A DNA stretch of 32,132 bases from an uncultured Granulicatella sp. (GTDB lineage Bacteria > Bacillota > Bacilli > Lactobacillales > Aerococcaceae), in assembly GCA_947254045.1 (NCBI GenBank), contig CAMYBO010000001.1:1-32132 (forward strand), given 5' to 3'. The notes under the pieces are model-generated. The model made no database searches. It worked only from the letters and a program-made list of their open reading frames with translations, and was not told the origin of the DNA. A program made the position numbers and the translations under genes. Below, in pieces: positions 28,624 through 32,132 of the stretch. The first letter of the stretch is position 1. Each line of letters starts with the position of its first letter.

Positions 28624-29344
28624 AACATTAATGGAAAACAGTGGACGTTTAGTAGGAGTGGAATTTGTGGTGATTCATAATGATGCAGGTTCTATGACAC
28701 CAGAGCAGTATATCGAATGGCTAAGATACCGTGAAAAATCACTGGGAATTGCGCATTATTATTGTAATCGTAACACGATTGTGCGAGTAGTGGATACGTA
28801 TAATATTGCCTATCACACTGGAGATTGGTGGAGTAATACTCGATCCATTGGATATGAAGTCTGTGAAAGTATGAAAGTCTCAGACGAAGAATTTATAGAA
28901 AATGAAGACATCACTTTAATGCAAGCGACGGAAGATTTACTCTATTATGGATTACCTATTACGAAGGAAACCGTGAGACTTCATCATGAATTTGTGCCAA
29001 CTTCTTGCCCTCATAGAAGTTTAGCGTTGCATGGAGGAACAACCGAAAGTGTGAAAGAATATTTTGTCATCCGAATGAATGAATTCGCACAGTTAGGGAG
29101 CACAGTAGAAGAAATGCTTTCTGGAATTGGAAATGGGACAGAAGATAATGAGGATACGTCTAATAATGAAGAACCCACACCTGATGAAGAGAAGGCAGTA
29201 CATGAGAAAACGAATGAAGATATCGCAGATGAAGTCATTCTTGGATTGTGGGGAAATGGAGCCGAACGACAACAACGCCTGGAAGAAGAAGGCTATGATT
29301 ATGATGCCATTCAAGAAATCGTAAATAAAAAAATCAGTGAATAG
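28604..29344 (+). CDS. N-acetylmuramoyl-L-alanine amidase (Amidase_2) with acidic linker and Cpl-7/CW_7-type binding repeat
   Basis: VVIHNDAGS, AHYY, IGYEVC and RLHHEFVPTSCP, then C-terminal KTNEDIADEVILGLWGNGAERQQRLEEEGYDYDAIQEIVN. No signal peptide. ATG 28604 follows GGAGG. Confidence 0.88.
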   Translation: MVEKINETLMENSGRLVGVEFVVIHNDAGSMTPEQYIEWLRYREKSLGIAHYYCNRNTIVRVVDTYNIAYHTGDWWSNTRSIGYEVCESMKVSDEEFIENEDITLMQATEDLLYYGLPITKETVRLHHEFVPTSCPHRSLALHGGTTESVKEYFVIRMNEFAQLGSTVEEMLSGIGNGTEDNEDTSNNEEPTPDEEKAVHEKTNEDIADEVILGLWGNGAERQQRLEEEGYDYDAIQEIVNKKISE

Positions 29345-29424
29345 GGGTAAAATTTATCTGTCTTCTTATATTTATAGTGTAGGAAGTCATGACACTACAA
29401 AAAATAAACAGGAGGAAAAAGAAA

Positions 29425-29634
29425 ATGGCAAAAGTATTTCAAAAAGCAACATTAGAAGTGTTTCATATGGACGAAGAAAGAGGAAAGGTAAAACGAATCA
29501 AAAGCTTACCAAATCTAGTTGAAACAGCCGATGAAGAAGCGGTGAAAGAAATCGGTGAAGCGTTGAAAACATTGATGAAAGATACTGTAAACTATGTAAC
29601 AGTAGTATCACATTACCGTCATACAATTGGTTAA
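29425..29634 (+). CDS. Small protein, DUF1659-like
   Basis: 69 aa with a strong GGAGG RBS. KATLEV...GKVKRIKSLPNLVETADEEAVKEIGEALKTL, in the typical position before a DUF2922 gene. Confidence 0.65.
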   Translation: MAKVFQKATLEVFHMDEERGKVKRIKSLPNLVETADEEAVKEIGEALKTLMKDTVNYVTVVSHYRHTIG

Positions 29635-29655
29635 TAAGAAAAGGAGTGAAATAAT

Positions 29656-29889
29656 ATGACAACAACAAAAGAATTAAAATTAGTCTTTAAAAAAGCAGAT
29701 GGAAAGCATAAAAACTTAGTCATTGCTAAACCGGTAGAAAACTTAGATGAAGCAACGGTCAAAGGGGCAATGCAGAAAATCGTTAATACATATGCTTTTG
29801 AAAAAGCAGGGAAGAAAGAGTTTGAAGGAGTCGTATCTGCAGCATATGTCGATCGTACCGTAACTCAAGTATTCAAAGAAGAAAAATAG
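29656..29889 (+). CDS. Small protein, DUF2922-like
   Basis: KELKLVFKKADGKHKNLVIAKPVENLDEATVKGAMQKIV...SAAYVDRTVTQVF, with an AAGGAG RBS. Confidence 0.75.
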   Translation: MTTTKELKLVFKKADGKHKNLVIAKPVENLDEATVKGAMQKIVNTYAFEKAGKKEFEGVVSAAYVDRTVTQVFKEEK

Positions 29890-29907
29890 TTGCAAGCAAA
29901 ATTCGAG

Positions 29908-29938
29908 AAAGTCGAAGGGGAAACTCTTCGGCTTTTTT
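29908..29938 (+). terminator. Intrinsic terminator
   Basis: AAAGTCGAAGGG-GAAA-CTCTTCGGCTTTTTT. Confidence 0.85.
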
Positions 29939-30044
29939 GTGTAATTAGGAAAATTAAAAAAATTATCATAAAAAATAGTTTTCTTCCAATTTTTTCGTAT
30001 CTATAGGTGAAGAGACAATAGTCGCCTTCAAATAACTATAGGAA

Positions 30045-30687
30045 ATGGTAAAAATGAAAGAACGAATCAAAGATGCAAGACCTATGATGGATTTAATGGC
30101 AAAGAAAATTTTTAGGAATACTGAAATCACAGCACAATTCATTAGCGATATTCTAGACTTACCTGTACACCCTGTAAAAATACTCGATGAAACTCAAATA
30201 CACAATCATCAATTCGAAAATATAAAAACCTATGTCACTAGTATTGATGTATTAGCAGCATTAAACGATGGTACACAGGTTATGATTGAAATTCAAGTAG
30301 CCTACCAATTTGATTTTATCAAACGTTTATGGTTCTATCAATGTAATCAAGTCACCAAAAATGCAGATGAACATAAAAAAGAAAGTGTCAAAACACATAG
30401 ACTCTCAGAAGAAATGTTACCTGTGTATACCATTGCCATTATGCAAAAAAGATATTTTAATGATGAGGAAATGGTTCATGTATACTGCCTCAAAGAAAGA
30501 AAAAGAAAAGAAAGATGCAATAAGTCAGGCTTGGAAAGAAGGAAAAGAAGAAGGCATTGAGCACGGTAAGAAAATGATGATTATCAGTTTGATTAAAGAT
30601 GACCTTCTCTCTAAAGAAGAAGGCGCAAAACGATGAAGTATCTCTGTCATTGAATTAGACGAGGATATGAGCAATAATCAAAAATAG
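30045..30687 (+). pseudogene. Rpn/YhgA-like PD-(D/E)XK nuclease ('putative transposase'), internally deleted and frameshifted
   Basis: N-part DLMAKKIF...IDVLAALNDGTQVMIEIQ...RLWFY. Near 30495 it switches frame to the C-terminal tail KEGKEEGIEHGKKMMIISLIKDDLLSKEEGAKR*SISVIELD. Confidence 0.8.
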
Positions 30688-30719
30688 AATAAGCAAATTA
30701 AACCATTTAGGTACTAAAT

Positions 30720-30925
30720 GACTAAAGACTACATGAAAAACTAACACCTCATATGTTTAGACATAGTTTTGCAACAATGCTACTATATAAAAATGTAGAT
30801 ATCCGTTATATTCAGCAGGCTAGGACATAGTTCCATTAGTGTTACACAGATATATACCCATGTATCACATTCAAAACAAAAGAAATACTTAGTTCTTGCA
30901 ATTCTATTTCAGTTATTAAATCGTA
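30720..30925 (+). pseudogene. Tyrosine recombinase/integrase C-terminal remnant
   Basis: Manual translation: LTPHMFRHSFATMLLYKNVDIRYIQQ, frameshift, LGHSSISVTQIYTHVS. This contains the HxxR, LGH and catalytic Y motifs. Confidence 0.88.
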
Positions 30926-31100
30926 GATGGGAGTACCTGGATTAGTCATTCATAATAAAAATGGCATGAAGGTTTACAGCTGCGATAAATCTATTAATGA
31001 CATATTAGGATTAGGGATAGCTCAATACAGAATCATAAAATTACTAATTTTTGTAATAAGCGGACAAAACATTTGTAAAAAAACCGTAATATAAAACCCC

Positions 31101-31129
31101 TTGCACAAACTATAGGGAAGTGTTATCAT
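31101..31129 (+). promoter_or_regulatory. Distal sigma-A promoter
   Basis: TTGCAC-N17-TATCAT with extended TG. Confidence 0.6.
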
Positions 31130-31257
31130 GTTGTTGTTTGAAAAACAATATTATAAATAATGATAGCAAGCAAAAAGCTAGTTAAGTTGTAAACTGATTA
31201 CCATCATAACCATTAACCCAAAAAAGTGAATTAAACTACTTTTTTTAGTAAAACAAC

Positions 31258-31286
31258 TTGACAATGAACTTTTAGTGAGTTAGCAT
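31258..31286 (+). promoter_or_regulatory. Proximal sigma-A promoter
   Basis: TTGACA-N17-TAGCAT. Confidence 0.6.
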
Positions 31287-31333
31287 ATACTTATAATATA
31301 AAAACCAAAAAAAATAAAGAGAGGTAAAATATT

Positions 31334-32132
31334 ATGAAGAAAAAATTATTATTATCAAGCGTTGCAGCTTTAACTTTATTTGCAGCTTATAATACTGCTT
31401 CAGCTCAAGATACATACGGAGTTGACAGTACAGCTGTAGAAAACTTGTTGAGAGCTCTTGACATTACAGCTCCAACTACTGTAGACGAAGTTGAAGAAAC
31501 AACAGATAACTTTAAACAACGTCAAGAGGCAGCTGAATCTGTTCGTGAAGCAAATGATAATTTAACAGAAGCGAAAGAAGCTGAAGTTAATGCAGAAGCA
31601 GAATTCCAAAAAGCTCAAGAAGATTACTTTACTGCTTCAAAAAATTATAAATTAGCAAAAGATACTTCAGTTGCAGCTGCAAACAAAAAGGCAGCTTTAG
31701 AGGAAACTAAAAAATCAATTGAAGCTGAAAATAAAAAAGCAAAAGATGAATTAGACGCTAAAAAAGATGCTTTAGGAACTAAAGCTGAAGAAGGTAAACC
31801 AGCAACAAAAGCTTATTCAGACCAAGAAACAGCAAATAAAAACTTAGAAAAAGCTAAAAAAGACGTAAAAGAAGTATATAGAAAAAAACCAGTTTCAACT
31901 ACTAATGTTGAAGCACATAAAAAATATCAAGCTGAAAAACTTGCAGCAGAAGAAGCTGTAAAAACAGCAGAAAAAGCTAAAAAAGAAGCAGATGAAAAAG
32001 TTGCTAAACTTGAAAAAGAAATTTCTAAATTAGAAGAAGCTGGTAAAAAGGCTAAGAAAGAATTAGAAGTTTTAACTGATGCAATTGCAGCATTAGAAAA
32101 AGTAACAGGCGATGATGCCATTGTGAACGGAG
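31334..32132 (+). CDS. Secreted Ala/Lys/Glu-rich coiled-coil surface protein (5' part, runs off window)
   Basis: Not in the ORF track because no stop falls in the window. MKKKLLLSSVAALTLFAAYNTASA|QDTY signal peptide, then an open heptad-like AEK-rich frame to the end. GAGAGG RBS. Confidence 0.88.
   Translation, partial: MKKKLLLSSVAALTLFAAYNTASAQDTYGVDSTAVENLLRALDITAPTTVDEVEETTDNFKQRQEAAESVREANDNLTEAKEAEVNAEAEFQKAQEDYFTASKNYKLAKDTSVAAANKKAALEETKKSIEAENKKAKDELDAKKDALGTKAEEGKPATKAYSDQETANKNLEKAKKDVKEVYRKKPVSTTNVEAHKKYQAEKLAAEEAVKTAEKAKKEADEKVAKLEKEISKLEEAGKKAKKELEVLTDAIAALEKVTGDDAIVNG

Noticed and set aside
27155..30925. Intact prophage
   Set aside because: No capsid, terminase, tail, replication or holin genes, and the integrase is only a fragment.

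Overview
Low-GC Lactobacillales chromosomal window, most consistent with a Granulicatella/Carnobacteriaceae-like organism (inference from gene content, not verified). The housekeeping backbone includes tehB, two complete methionine ABC operons, a small redox cluster, secG-est-rnr-smpB, a T-box-controlled archaeal/eukaryote-type proS, tsaB-(double rimI fusion)-tsaD, rpmE2, murA, rplU-prp-rpmA and ytxK-ackA. Each met operon carries both a Met T-box and a MetR/MtaR-like box. Several deletion scars lie between these genes: Fic, an amidohydrolase::LPXTG junction, ISL3, Rpn and a tyrosine recombinase. There are three kinds of structured intergenic repeat, two showing compensatory base changes, and two coiled-coil surface proteins. 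The best candidate for an undescribed system is the accessory cassette at ~27.1-30.9 kb. It has a divergent ComK-like regulator, an orphan sigma-70-type factor, a holin-less endolysin-like amidase, a pair of small related DUF1659/DUF2922-like proteins, and then Rpn and integrase remnants. All family assignments come from motif recognition by eye, not from database searches.
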